Positions 1 to 12,470 of a stretch of 52,695 bases of DNA are shown one piece after another (within the stretch, counting starts at the first letter, position 1; each line of letters begins with the position of its first letter). This DNA is from Gekko japonicus. Lineage: Eukaryota. The translations under genes and the position numbers were made by a program. The notes under the pieces were generated by a model. It worked only from the letters and a program-made list of their open reading frames with translations. It made no database searches and was not told the origin of the DNA. The stretch lies in assembly GCF_001447785.1 (NCBI RefSeq), contig NW_015173223.1:82593-135287 (forward strand), written 5' to 3'.

Positions 1-62
1 AAAGGTTTTGAATTGAAAAATTGACTAGCTTGGGCAATCCTGGGCTCCAATTTTACCATCCT

Positions 63-139
63 GTTAAGAGGCTGAACTGCAAGCTGTGAAAGGTCGGTAG
101 TTCAGCAGTTTGAGTCCCGAGAGCACCGCATGACGGAGT
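63..139 (+). mobile_element. Sauria SINE fragment running into an assembly gap
   Basis: Reverse complement of the 5' part of the Sauria SINE copy at 12064-12412 (CTGAACTGCA..GGTCGGTAGTTCAGCAGTT..GCATGACGGAGT). Confidence 0.75.
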
Positions 140-498
140 NNNNNNNNNNNNNNNNNNNNNNNNNNNNNNNNNNNNNNNNNNNNNNNNNNNNNNNNNNNNN
201 NNNNNNNNNNNNNNNNNNNNNNNNNNNNNNNNNNNNNNNNNNNNNNNNNNNNNNNNNNNNNNNNNNNNNNNNNNNNNNNNNNNNNNNNNNNNNNNNNNNN
301 NNNNNNNNNNNNNNNNNNNNNNNNNNNNNNNNNNNNNNNNNNNNNNNNNNNNNNNNNNNNNNNNNNNNNNNNNNNNNNNNNNNNNNNNNNNNNNNNNNNN
401 NNNNNNNNNNNNNNNNNNNNNNNNNNNNNNNNNNNNNNNNNNNNNNNNNNNNNNNNNNNNNNNNNNNNNNNNNNNNNNNNNNNNNNNNNNNNNNNNNN
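140..498. other. Assembly gap (N run)
   Basis: Run of N. Confidence 1.
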
Positions 499-697
499 AT
501 TTTTAATGGTTTGTTCTGTTTTTATACTGATACTTGATTTTTTAAAATTAAGCCACCTCAAGCAGGGCTTTGGGGAGGCAGCATAAATCCCCTAAACACA
601 TAAACAGTTTTTTAGTATTTTTATTTAAACCTCAGGAGGTTTTCACCTGAAGAAAAAATGCTCGAGTAGGCTATCAAGCCTCCTGAAGACCCCATAG

Positions 698-1373
698 CAG
701 GGTAGCCAACAGGTAGCTCTGTAGCTACTCCAGGGTAGCTCCTATAACTCCTAGGAGACTTAGGAAAAATTATGAAAAGATCTGCTTTGGCCTTTCTAAA
801 AAAAAAAGGCTTTTTTTTTTCTTTTTTTTTTTTGGTGGTCTTTTGGGGAATATGTTTTTGGGAGGGGGAGTAGTATGGATGCCATTACTTAAAAGTAGCT
901 GCTATTAAATAAAAGGTTCAAACAATGATGGAAACAACCGTGATGTAGTATCATGAAAATGTATTTAGACTGCTGTTTTGTAGTGATTAGTGTTTCTTTA
1001 GCAAGTAATAAAGATTTACGCATACATAAAATGTATTTAGACTGCTGTTTTGCAGTGTTTAGTGTTTCTTCAGCAAGTAATAAAGATTATGCATACACAC
1101 TACGGAAATTGCATAGACTCCCGTTTCACATAACAGCTTTTTCACAGTGTGCTGCATAAATAACATTAATTTACACGTCAACAATACTAATCTGTGAATT
1201 AACACTCAAACACCCTCCCCACTCAAATGAAATAAATTATTTCCGTGTTCATAATTACAGCAGTCTAAATATATTTTCATAATACTACATCACGTTTGTT
1301 TTCATCATTGTTTGCATCCTTCCCGTGATCTTCTCTGTCGTCTCTACATTAAATAAAAAATTAGCAACCCCTG
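698..1373. mobile_element. hAT-type MITE carrying a nested insertion
   Basis: Imperfect TIRs CAGGGTAGCCAA / TTAGCAACCCCTG; exact 8-bp TSD CCCCATAG at 690-697 and 1374-1381. Confidence 0.8.
915..1347 (+). mobile_element. Fold-back retroelement fragment, probably Penelope-like inverted pseudo-LTR; same family as 49661-49912
   Basis: 11-bp TSD ATTAAATAAAA (904-914, 1348-1358); inverted arms 918-975 vs 1256-1312; 3' tail TGCATCCTTCCYGTGAT..CTCTGT.GT.TCTAC shared with the 49.7 kb copy; decayed CTGAAGA..(G)AAAC..GTC hammerhead-like motif on the minus strand. Confidence 0.6.
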
Positions 1374-1428
1374 CCCCATAGGAATTAACATTTTGGATCA
1401 TCGTAAATTAGCCGCAACACCGGGTCTC

Positions 1429-2350
1429 TGTAAGTTATGATGGGGGAAGTTAGCGAAGAGACCATTTGTTTAATACTACACCAGAGTCAGATGACAGACA
1501 GGAAATGTCTTTTGTGAAATTTATTTAAGAAAATAACCTTAATACACAAAGGTAATCAATAGAATATCACACACGCACATGCACGCTCATGCGTACATCA
1601 ACACACACACACACACAACACCAGAGAGCTAGGAAATAAAGAGGTGAAGCAATCATTAAGAGGTCAGTGACACCAGAGGGCAATGTGTTGAGGAGGAGGG
1701 GGTATAGCTACCTTCCTGAAGAGAAGAGTCCGCAATGAAGAGGAGCAGATGGCTTGGCCGGCAAGCACATCTAAGGAGACCCAAAAGAAATGGGGGATCT
1801 GTCCCAAGAGACTAAACCAAAAATGGCTGGGTTTGGAGTCCTAATATAGGAAAAATTTAGCGCGGGGCAGTAGGCACAATGGGGAAATGGTCCTGGATGG
1901 GCCAGGATGTCCTGTAGTGGCTGTAGAGGGGTTTTGGACAAAAGAAGTCCTGATATGGGAAAGAAAAGTTTTTGTTAGTAAAGTGTTGGGCAATTGCAGA
2001 CTCTTGGCTCTGTTAATGGCTGAGCTTTTGAGAAAACAATAACGACACTAGGCGGTGGCCAGGGTGGTCCCAGTATCGACTTGTGAAGCCCAGAGATGCG
2101 ATTATGGGACATAAAAATGGAATGCAGGTCCTTTGACACCCTCGGGGTGATGAGATAAGACATTATTTTTACGATGGTTGATAACGTGTTTGCTTGAAGG
2201 CTGTTTCTGAGGCGGTGGCTGATTCCTTGCATCAGCGAGATGGTCCTGAGCACATGGTTGGGCTGGTTGGCACTGCACAAAGAGAGGCGACCCAGCTAGA
2301 ATGAAGGAAAGGAACAGAGGAATCCCATAGTCAATGTACAATGTATAGCA
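1429..2350 (-). mobile_element. Possible solo LTR (ERV-like); boundaries uncertain
   Basis: Begins TG; minus-strand AATAAA (TTTATT 1520-1525) followed by U5-like CTGACTCTGGT; TATA-like TATATTA near 1845; no TSD identified. Confidence 0.4.
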
Positions 2351-2984
2351 CTTTTTCTTGAAGAGGATCTTCACTGTCTTCTTCCTTTTGGAGGATCTCT
2401 GAAGGCTTCTTCGAGATCAGCAGATCATTCCATACTTACCTGGAAGGGTTTACCATGCAGCAGTTCCTCTCTTTTGCTTTCTTCTTGGAGGGTTTGAAAA
2501 TATTTTGTCAAAGGGTTGTGCATTGTTTGTTAGCTGCCTTGGTTACTCTAATTGGGCAGGAAGGCAGAGTATAGATTCTGTAAAGGAATTAATAATAACT
2601 ACATCAATGTGTGCTAGCCATAATGGAACCTCAGAGCAAGTCTACTTATGAATACCCTGCATTTGTGAAAAAGGGAAGGACTTTTGCCCCAAGTTCTTAT
2701 CATATGGCTGTCAGCTGTTGGAAACAATAAGCTTCTTTCAATCCTTCAAGCTATTCTATGTGTTCTTNNNNNNNNNNNTTCCCTACATTGGCATCATTTC
2801 CTTGTAGGAAAAAATTATGTGAATCATCTGTATACAGTCATAAATGATCATTGCTTTATCTCTTGTAATGTATATAAATCACTGATGCAGATACACATAT
2901 TATAAGTTGGATGCAGTGATGCAAGAGTGGAAAGGAAAACATATTTAGTGCAGTTCCACTTGAGCTAGGAGTACAGCAAAATAT

Positions 2985-3165
2985 AGGGTTGGAGTCAACC
3001 AGCTTTTCTGCTAGTGGAAAAGAGAGGAGGGGTCCATGCTCAGTACCCAAAAAGGCTGTTTGAAGTCATGGGTCCTTCACGAACAAAAGCCATGTGGAAT
3101 GAGGACTGTAGTTGAAACATGAAATGGGCGAGATTGAGTGAAAAAGCTGGCTGGATTCAACTCAT
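2985..3165. mobile_element. Old MITE with GGGTTGGATCCAGCCAGCTTTT-type TIRs (recurrent family)
   Basis: GGGTTGGAGTCAACCAGCTTTT ... AAAAGCTGGCTGGATTCAACTC; related ends near 19.85, 24.05-24.23, 35.97, 39.12 and 48.0 kb. Confidence 0.55.
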
Positions 3166-3915
3166 AGGACTTCAATACAGTTTTTAATAAAATTAATTAC
3201 ATGCATGTGAAACAATGCAATGTAAAATGTGTAATTTTATTTCATTGGGTTTTGAGACTGTATCAGTAGAAATACTTTAAGCTCTGTCTTGCGCAAACAG
3301 AAAATATACTGGCGACAAATCACTTTCACTTCATGCATGCAGAAAGTGAGGAGTAATTTTATCATTTCCACTTGCCCAAGGATGGTTGCACATGTGGAAA
3401 TCTTCATGCTGTCCAACCACGGAATGCAAAAATTCAGACCTCTCTGGCCACTCATGCTTTGGCATCCAAGAAGTGGCATTTGTGCTCCTTAGTTCCAAAT
3501 GCTGCATACAAGGATCAAGTTCTATGACAGTGGAACACAAAGTAACATTAAGGATGGGGAATGCACTAGGAAAACCTTGGGTCTTTTCATGTCTTGAGAG
3601 AGGGAAGAGTTCTCTCCTTTGGCCAATACATGCTTGGATTCCTCAGTCTTGCATGGACGAAAGCTGCATGAGAAAGGGGCTATAATAAGGAGATAAATAC
3701 AGCAAGGCTGAGAAAGGTGGCTGGATCCAGCCTCATGTGACCTCTTTAATCCTGAGATCAATTACTTCTTTTTATCTTCTTTTTACCTAACAGGCAGGTT
3801 GAAAGTGTCACTGTTCCCTCCTGAGCTTGTCTTTTGATAGTGGCTCCAACACCAATGAATGGGCTCCTTGAAATTGTTGGGGTTATGACCATTCTTTACA
3901 CTTTGAGAAAATAAT

Positions 3916-4080
3916 GCAAAGCAGATTTGTTTACAAGGGCTAACCCTTACTTAAGGGCTAACCGTCACTTATGGTTCTGAATGCTGATTATTTGAAATGT
4001 CTGTACTGCAAAGCAGATTTGTTTACAAGGGCTAAACGCTACTTATGGTTCGGAATGCTGATTATTTGAAATGCCTGTGC
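3916..4080 (+). repeat. Two-copy tandem duplication (~75-90 bp)
   Basis: GCAAAGCAGATTTGTTTACAAGGGCTAA...ACTTATGGTTC.GAATGCTGATTATTTGAAATG occurs twice. Confidence 0.85.
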
Positions 4081-4548
4081 ATCAGATTAATTGTGATCAT
4101 GCCTTGGCTTTTTTTAGATGCTGTTTTTAGATTTTTTAGATGCTGTTGCTTGTCATATTATGGCCCTAATTGGAGAAAGGTTAGCTAACATGAGAAAGGT
4201 GAGGATGGCCCTAATTGGAGAAAGGTTAGCTAACTTGAAAAGCCCTAAATAAATAGCTCCAGACTTCATGTTCAGTCTGCTCTGTTCTTGCCTTCATAGT
4301 TCCATATGATGGTCTGATGCTCCCTTGTGAACCATACATCTGGATGCCTTTGTCTGGTGGCTGCTTCCTTCTCTTGATAACTTTGGTGATCACCATAACA
4401 GTGTGCTGTGGTAAGTCAACTTCCTTTCAGGCCTGGCAGATGGCTGGTGAGGGGGTGGAGCTTGTGAAAAAGTTGATAATGTATTTTACAAACTTAAAGG
4501 TTATATTGACATAGGTGTATTTCATTATAATGGCACGTGTCCTAAGAA

Positions 4549-5686
4549 AGTGATTTGCTATTTTCTTTCCCCAAATGTTAATTGAAGATCCAAGAAGGAG
4601 GAGAAGAAGATGCCAATGTAAAAGGTGAGTTTTAAAGGCTGAATTTCATCCAATATAATCTCATTGATTTACAGGACAGTTCGAAACAATGCTGTCCTAA
4701 ACAGAGCAACACCCTTCTAGGCCCACCGAAGTCAATGGGATTTGAAGGGTGTAATTCCGTTGAGGACTGCACTGTAAATTTCCCATGCAGTGTCTTTTGT
4801 CACTGTTGCTGCTCAGTAGCTACTTTGAGAGTAGGATATTAAAAAAAAATCTGGTGGGATTTCTATAAGAATTGTCAGAAGATGGCATCAAATTGGAATG
4901 AGAAGGAAAAGAAGTTCTCATGGTACCCATAACACTTTAGCTCATCTTTCTTGCCATTTAATCAGTAGCTACTTTGAGAGTAGGATATTACAAAAAAAAT
5001 TCTGGTGGGATTTCTATAAGAATTCTCAGAAGATGGCATCAAACTGGAATGAGAAGGAAAAGAAGTTCTTATGATACCCATTACACTTTAGCTCATCTTT
5101 CTTGCCATTTAGTTTACTCTTGCACCCCAGCACCATGACCAACAAACCACAAAGCTGCCTGCTCTCAGGCCCTAAAATTAGAATGAGCACATGTAGTGAT
5201 TTGCTATTTTCTTTCCCCAAATGTTAATTGAAGATCCAAGAAGGAGGAGAAGAAGATGCCAATGTAAAAGGTGAGTTTTAAAGGCTGAATTTCATCCAAT
5301 ATAATCTCATTGATTTACAGGACAGTTCGAAACAATGCTGTCCTAAACAGAGCAACACCCTTCTAGGCCCACCGAAGTCAATGGGATTTGAAGGGTGTAA
5401 TTCCGTTGAGGACTGCACTGTAAATTTCCCATGCAGTGTCTTTTGTCACTGTTGCTGCTCAGTAGCTACTTTGAGAGTAGGATATTAAAAAAAAATCTGG
5501 TGGGATTTCTATAAGAATTGTCAGAAGATGGCATCAAATTGGAATGAGAAGGAAAAGAAGTTCTCATGGTACCCATAACACTTTAGCTCATCTTTCTTGC
5601 CATTTAGTTTACTCTTGCACCCCAGCACCATGACCAACAAACCACAAAGCTGCCTGCTCTCAGGCCCTAAAATTAGAATGAGCACA
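4549..5686 (+). repeat. Complex tandem duplication (AB, B'C, ABC)
   Basis: 4549-4960 repeated at 5195-5606; sub-block repeated with substitutions at 4963-5110; 5111-5191 repeated at 5607-5686. Confidence 0.9.
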
Positions 5687-5991
5687 TCTTCCTGCAGTGC
5701 TTGGTAGTACTGATATAATGTTATGTCAAAACAACTGGAATCTATATTACCAGAGTCAGTCCTCATCTTCAACAGAATTACAACCTTCTTAGCTCATTGA
5801 CTTCCATAGACGTTTAAGATGGCACTGTAATACATTAGACTGTAATCACATTTGTGCTAGTACAGTGTGTATTTGCCCTAGAGGAAAAAAAATTGCTTCT
5901 AAGATTCTTTCAAGCAGTTTTTTGTTAATGACAGCTTGTAGTTCGCATGGAACAGAATGTCAGTCTTGGAATGTATTGGGCTGTAGTGGTG

Positions 5992-6504
5992 ACATAAGAA
6001 CATAAGAGATGCCAATGTTGGATCAGGCCAAAGGCCCATCCAGTCCAACACTCTGTGTCACACAGTGGCCAGAAATACCAGTGCCATCAGGAGGTCCACC
6101 AGTGGGACCAGGACATTAGAAGCCCTCCCACTGTTGACCCCCCCCCCAAGGACCAAGAAGACAGAGCATCACTTGCCCCAGAGCCCCTAGCTATACCTTG
6201 TGGCTAATAGCCACTGATGGACCTCTGCTCCATATGCTTATCTAATTCCCTTTTGAAGCTGTCCATGCTTGTAGCCGCCACCACTTCCTGTGGCAGTGAA
6301 TTCCATGTGTTAATCACTCTTTGGGTGAAGAAGTACTTCCTTTTATCCGTTCTAACCCGACCGCTCTGCAGTTTCATGGAGTGCCCACGAGTTCTTGTAT
6401 TGTGAGAAAGGGAGAAAAGTACCTCTTTCTCTACCTGCTCTTTCCCATGCATAATCTTATAAACCTCGATCATGTCACCCCTCAGTCGTCTTTTCTCCAA
6501 GCTG
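5992..6504 (-). mobile_element. CR1 LINE 3' fragment
   Basis: ORF2 C-terminus EKRRLRGDMIEVYKIM...RTRGHSMKL...RKYFFTQRVINTWNSLPQEVV; TTCTTATG tandem tail. Confidence 0.95.
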
Positions 6505-6541
6505 TCTGGTAATTTTGGTATTCCCAGGAAATGTTAAGGGA

Positions 6542-6620
6542 AGGGCTGTGGTTCAATGGTAGAGCATCTGCTTTGCATGCAGAAGGGCTCAGGTTCAGTC
6601 CCCAGCATCTCCAGTTTAAA
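6542..6620 (+). mobile_element. tRNA-derived SINE head (decayed)
   Basis: A box TGGTTCAATGG, B box GGTTCAGTCCC; no intact cloverleaf. Confidence 0.6.
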
Positions 6621-6689
6621 GAAGCAGAAGAAACTTTTGGCCACTTTCTCCCACTGAACTGAACAAATGACAATTACTCCCATTATTAT

Positions 6690-6890
6690 TTATGACACAC
6701 TTTTCTCCCCACTGGGGACCCGGTGCAGTATATAACATCGTTCTCCCTTCCTCCATTTTATCTTTACAATAATCCTGTGAGGTAGGTCATGAGAGAAAGA
6801 ACCTGGGCCAGGTTTCCTCAGCGAGCTTCCATTGTGGAGCAGGGATTCAAAACCTGGCTCTCCCAGATCCTAGTCTGGCATTTTAACTAC
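6690..6890 (-). mobile_element. Old Squam3-type SINE
   Basis: CTCCATTTTATC..ACAATAATCCTGTGAGGTAGG...CTCCCAGATCCTAGTC matches the reverse complement of the SINE at 12471. Confidence 0.7.
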
Positions 6891-8475
6891 TCCAGATTCT
6901 GCCATTTTAAATGCATCTTACATAAAACCATACGAATCTGTGGGCTTCAATGAGTTTAAATTTGTTTAACATGTAATCTCAAATACCTAAACTGATGTTC
7001 AGTGGTCTGTGGGTAGAAGAAGGCTACCCCATCCCACAGAGCCTCAGTAAGAATAGGTAAAAAGTACTTGAGAAATGAGGCAATCTTTCAGACTCCCCCA
7101 GATAGTTTCTTAAAAACAGGCCATTCCCATCCATGTAGACTTACTCTGATTTTCATTTTTTCCCCTCACACTGGAGCATGACACACACACAACTTGATGA
7201 ATCTTGAGCCAATGTATATGTGAGGGAGGGATATCTGTCCTACATCTAGTAGCAAACTGGCTGGCCCCTGAGATAGCTGAACAGTGGAACTACGAACAGG
7301 CAAGATGAAGAGGCCTCTACCTACACCAAATATGCAGAAAATATGACTTCATTTATTAAACAAAAGAAAATGGGGAGAACCCCCCCCCCAATGGACAGGT
7401 GAGGGCTGTGAATACATTATAGGAGGCAAGGAATGTTGAGTGTATCCACATCTTAAGTAAAGGTGAAAAAGAGATATGTGTGAGAGATAAAAGCCTGCTG
7501 AAAGCTCAGAGATGTAGGAAGGGATAGTTTGGGGGAGAGGATTTCTAAATTGTTCCTTTCCACTGCGATGCCTCATGAACGTATGACTTTGTGTGTGAAG
7601 ACACACACACAGAGGCTAAAAGTCTGGCAGCAGGGGAAGGACAGAGAAATCCAGCCCATTCCTCAGCATCTCTAACACATTTCAGTCTTAAATTTCTCCT
7701 CCCCCACTTCCACCCATCACAGAAGACACTGTTTCTAGAACAGCCTTGTGGGGCCATGCTTTTGAACCTTTATACTGCCCCCAGGCTGTTCCCAATAAAG
7801 TGAGAGCAGGCCCTGAAAAGGGGTAAGGATAGATCTTGTAACTGCAGGGGACACTTAAGGGCAGTGCCCCCTCCAAAATGTGTCACGCCCTCCTCTGAAT
7901 CCCCAGATTTCATTTGTAAAAGAAGATGGTAGCCCTTTTGGTTGGGGAGATATAAAGGAAAACTTGCAAGTCCTTTTGGTCATGATTGGCTGTAAAGGAA
8001 TCGAGGCGGGGCACCTGCAGGTAGTTGAATCTGTTAACCCCTTTCCTGACATATTATTTTCTGCTCTGCCCCATAACTATTATCCATTAAATCCTTACTT
8101 CATTTTTGTTTCTATCATATGAGAACACTGGGCATAAATAATGAAAATTAATTTTTAAAAACTATTTGGTTCAGGAGCAGGTGGTGCCAAGGGGAGGTTA
8201 ATAGCAGAAAAATCCCCACAAATATCCAGTTTTACTTATCCTGGTATCAGATTTAATCATTAACTGTGAACCCCCTTGCTGTAACTTGCCTGTATGGAAC
8301 GGATGCCTTTGACCATGAGCAGTATGGGTAACCACTGTCAGGTTTCTTTCTTCCCCCCTCAAAACAAACAAACAAAACCCCCTGGGATTAGAGCTAATGG
8401 ACTGGAGAGGCATAATGCTCAGACACGTTTATACTAGAGAACTTGGCAGCCATTTTAGGGTTGCTAAACAACTAC

Positions 8476-8871
8476 AACTATACTGGTCACCCTTTGAAAC
8501 TTTAGCTTTTTCAAGCAAAGGCAGTGGGGTGGGGGAGAGTGAGGAAAGACTAAAAAGGTAAAAAATGGAAAAGAGGAAGTAAGCAGGAAAAAGAGAAAGA
8601 AGAGGGAGAAGCTTGATGGAGGGAGAACCAAAAATATAGTTAAGTGGGTGAGAGGGAAGAAAAGGGGAGCGGCTGCCAGGGGGAAGGAAGGAAAGATGAA
8701 GGGAGAGGAGATAAAAGTTGATTGGTTGGTGGGGTGGTGGAGAGAGAAGGAAGCATGGAAACTGAAGAGGCTACAGGGGCTGCTGTAAGGAGGGGAAGAG
8801 AAAATATTGTGGAGATGGGGTACACAGGGGAAATGAGATGCCCCCATGAGTCCTTGTGGGCCCCAACTTAT
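8476..8871 (+). mobile_element. Purine-rich non-autonomous Helitron-like element
   Basis: GA-rich body; 3' hairpin CCCATGAG..CTTGTGGG followed by CCCCAACTTA, resembling the end at 18160-18189. Confidence 0.35.
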
Positions 8872-9777
8872 CATTCCATATTTATATGAGTCTCACAAAT
8901 CTTCAAGTGCTGGTGGCTTTGGAAATAGTTAGATAACTCTAGCTTTTAGTAAGAGAGGATGACTGGCTTCTCTAGGAAATCCTATCACTGTTGGCCTGAC
9001 CGGTTCATGTCCTCAGCGTGCCTTCATCTTTTCTCCCCTTCCTTTTAGGCCTTTGAATGGAACCAATGGAAAACCCACCGTGCCACGCTAATATGGAGGA
9101 AGCCTGGGTCATCCCAAGTGGATTTCCTAATGCGTTTTCACTGTAACTGCAGAAGTATACATTATATATCACACCACAATTATTTTTACAGACGGTTTTT
9201 AATTTTATACCATGTAGCTGCTGGTGCATTTCAGCCCTTTCTCTTCAGTCCATTTTCCGGTGTAAATTGCCCCGCACCAAGCTAAGACTGCATCTTTATA
9301 TTGCGCAGTATTTGCGCATGTGAAGATTGTGCATCTTTATATTGCGCATCTTTATATTGCGCAGTATTTGAACTGCACTGTGCAGGTGTGAAAAGCGTTT
9401 CAGATACATTAACTCTGAGAATTATAGCATTTTCTTTGTTATTATAGACACAATAGCATTTTTCTGACATCATGTTTTGGGGTATTCAACTGTACAAACC
9501 TGGAGTGTGTGCCACTTGTGATCCTATGCTACCATTTTGTCTGGATATGGCACTATTCATAATGCACAGTGTACTATTCAGATTAAATGGTAACCTACAT
9601 CAGGAGACTGCAGGTAGCACCTGCTCCAATTTTGTATGGTTGGATGTCTTGAAATATAATGCCTGAAAAAGGCTATTATAGCCATTTTAATTATTATCAT
9701 TAATAGATTACTCCTGCAGGGTGGTGGTGGGGGCAAAGCTAGGGTACAGCAGTCTACAATATACCTAGAAAGTACTC

Positions 9778-10063
9778 GAGAGCCAGTTTGGTGTAGTGGT
9801 TAAGTGTGTGGACTCTAATCTGAGAGAACCGGGTTTGATTCCCCACTCCTCCAGTTGCACCTGCTGGATGACCTTGGGCAAGCCATAGTCCTGGCACAGC
9901 TGTTCTTGAAAAAGAGCAGTTTTTGTCAGAGCTCTCTCAGCCCCACCTACCTGACAGGGTGTCTGTTGTGGGGAGGGGAAGGGAAAGGAGTTTGTAAGCC
10001 ACTCTGAGACTCCTTTGGGTAGTGAAGGGCGGGGTATAAATCCAATCTCTTCTTCTCTTCTTC
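9778..10063 (+). mobile_element. Squam3B-type tRNA-derived SINE
   Basis: GAGAGCCAGTTTGGTGTAGTGGTTAAG..GGTTTGATTCCCC head; TCT-repeat tail. Confidence 0.9.
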
Positions 10064-11101
10064 TGCTCCACTGCTGTTGATACAACACTGCATATCAGGT
10101 GTACACCTAGCAGAATTCTGAATTCACATACTTATGGAGCAGTTTGCTTGAGGAGGTAAGCCATTCCACCCACCACAGCTGAAGTCATAATGGTATAGAT
10201 TGCATAACTCTCTCTCCCAGTCACATGTCACTCAGCACAAATGACAATAGCTCTCACAAGTACACATGCACTGCTCCTTCACTTGTGCAGAGCAGCAGCA
10301 CTTATTTCACACACACACACAACTATACAGGAGCCTTCTTTCAGTCACTCTTTCCTCTCTTTCTCGCTTGTGCTGGTAAAATTTGCTTATGTGATGCAAA
10401 ACGACCCTTTCATTTAGTACCCTTGGAAGAGTCCATCTTCCAGGGAGAAATTTGCTAGCACAGAGCACCTGCTTTACATGTTTTGCGCAACTTAGAATGA
10501 GTTGGCTTCAAATTGATTTAGGTAAGAAATTTAATACCCCTTGATTTGAAATGTGCAGGAGGAATTTTCACCAAACCAAAGGAAGAATCCTGATATTATA
10601 TTTTGACATAATCTAAATTTGCAAAAGGAGAATCTCACAAAACTTTGTTGCCCACTCCAAAAAAGCCACATGTAATATTTTTTTATCGGTGTAGTTAAAT
10701 TAAAACTATTCAAACATAATTATTCATTAGATTACTTTGACATTTGACTATATTATATATAATTGTTCTAAAATAAACTGAACATGCATTCATCATTAGT
10801 ATATAATGTAATGCAGAGTGTTACAATAATTAATTGTATGCTGAATATTAGTTGATCTATGTGCCTTAGTATACTAGTATTCAATAAACAGTTTCCAAAT
10901 TTCATTTAAAATATTACAATGGTCATCCTTTCCTGGGTCCTTATAGAATACACATGACCGTACTTTGCTTTTATTACACCCTTCATCATTGCTTTTGGGA
11001 TTAATAGGATAACACATCTTGATTTTACAATGTGTACCATCTTTCTTGGATGTGGCACAGGTGGAGCACCTATTAGTCATTTCCAGAATATCATGCATAT
11101 T

Positions 11102-11567
11102 CAGAGGTCATTTCGGGGGGGATCGCGGGGGATCGCAGTTCCCCCGGGTGAGGTACGGGGGCGGGGCACATGATGAAGCCCTGCCCCCTGCTTCCGGCCG
11201 CCCCGTTTCCGGCCCTCATTCAGCCAGGAGGAGGCAGCAGAAGAGGGAGGGTAAGTTGCTTCCTCCCTGCCTCTCCCCACCCCTGCCTGCCTGGGGCCAG
11301 GGAGGGCCTTCGCGAGGCTTCCTTGCACTCCTGCCGGCCTCGCAGGTCCACCGTCGGGCCCCTCATGGGGCTCGGCAGTGGAGCTGCAAGGCCGCCACCG
11401 GCAGCCGGGACCGTTGGGGGTGGGGTGTGTGGCCTTATGACAAACCTCTGGTGATGTCAGGGGGTGTGGCCTTATGACACACTTCCGGTGATGTCAGGGG
11501 GTGTGGCATATGCTAATGAGTTATGCTAATGAGTTCCCCTAGCTCTTTTTCTACGAAACGACCCCTG
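11102..11567. mobile_element. hAT-type MITE with GC/CpG-rich interior
   Basis: TIRs CAGAGGTCATTTCG / CGAAACGACCCCTG; exact 8-bp TSD TGCATATT (11094-11101, 11568-11575). Confidence 0.88.
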
Positions 11568-12063
11568 TGCATATTACTGTATTATCACTAGACACACTGC
11601 CTGAACATGCTCTCCTAGCTTTGCAGCTATATTTTGCTACTATACACTCTCATTAACAAGTCCCCCAGCCAGGCTGACAATCAATGTTTTCCCACAATAG
11701 CTTTTACCAGTGGACTTTGCTCACGCCACACAAGGAAACCGCTAACCCAACTAGCAATTATTATGGAAAGTGGAATGGAAACAGTCACTCCCCAGACATC
11801 AGCAATCAGACCAGTGGTATCAGGGGAGAGAATCTTCATACACAAATATAAGGATCTCAGTAATCAAGCACAAGGTCAAATATGTGGATAGGGAAGGGAG
11901 TTTACAAACGTTTAGCTGGTTGTCTTTGGATGGTAACTTTTCTATGCACTGAGAGAGTACCATTACTGGTGCTCAGAAACTGGGAGGCCCATAAGCACTG
12001 GGTGAGCAAGATATCCTTCTGGGAATGCTAATAGTGCTTCTAAATTATTAACTGTTGTTTAGT

Positions 12064-12412
12064 AAAAAGGTAAAGGTTCCCTTGCTCGAAAGCCAGTCGA
12101 ATCTGACGCTAGGGTTGCGGTGCTCATCTCCGTTTCAAAGCCGAAGAGCCAGCACTGTCCAAAGACGTTTCTGTGGTCATGTGGCCGGCATGACTAAACA
12201 CCAAGGCACACGGAACGCTGTTACCTTCCCACCGAAGTGGTACCTATTTATCTACTTGCAATTTCTTGCTTTTGAACTGCTAGGTTGGCAGGGGCTGGAA
12301 CTAGAGACGGGAGCTCACTCCGTCATGCGGCACCCGGGTCTCGAACTGCTGAACTACTGACCTTCCACAGCCTGCAGTTCAGCGTCTTAACCACTTGAGC
12401 CACCGCAGCTCC
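12064..12412 (-). mobile_element. Sauria SINE, near full length
   Basis: AAAGGTAAAGG tail, CCTTCCCACCGAAGTGGTACCTATTTATCTAC core; imperfect TSD TAACTGTTGYTT. Confidence 0.9.
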
Positions 12413-12470
12413 TAACTGTTGCTTGGCAATGCCCAAATAGCATGGAGAAGGGGTATTTTGATGAATGTCT

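Noticed and set aside
6542-6620. tRNA genes here and at Squam3 heads
   Set aside because: A/B boxes only, without an intact cloverleaf; these are SINE heads.
9288-9370. Short repeats GCATCTTTATATTGCGCA as a CRISPR-like array
   Set aside because: Eukaryotic DNA, three irregular copies without unique spacers; probably internal repeats of an old MITE (about 9133-9398).
11019-11477. GC-rich ORFs or CpG-island promoter
   Set aside because: The GC-rich part lies within a TIR/TSD-bounded MITE; the same applies to the ORFs at 22868-23633.
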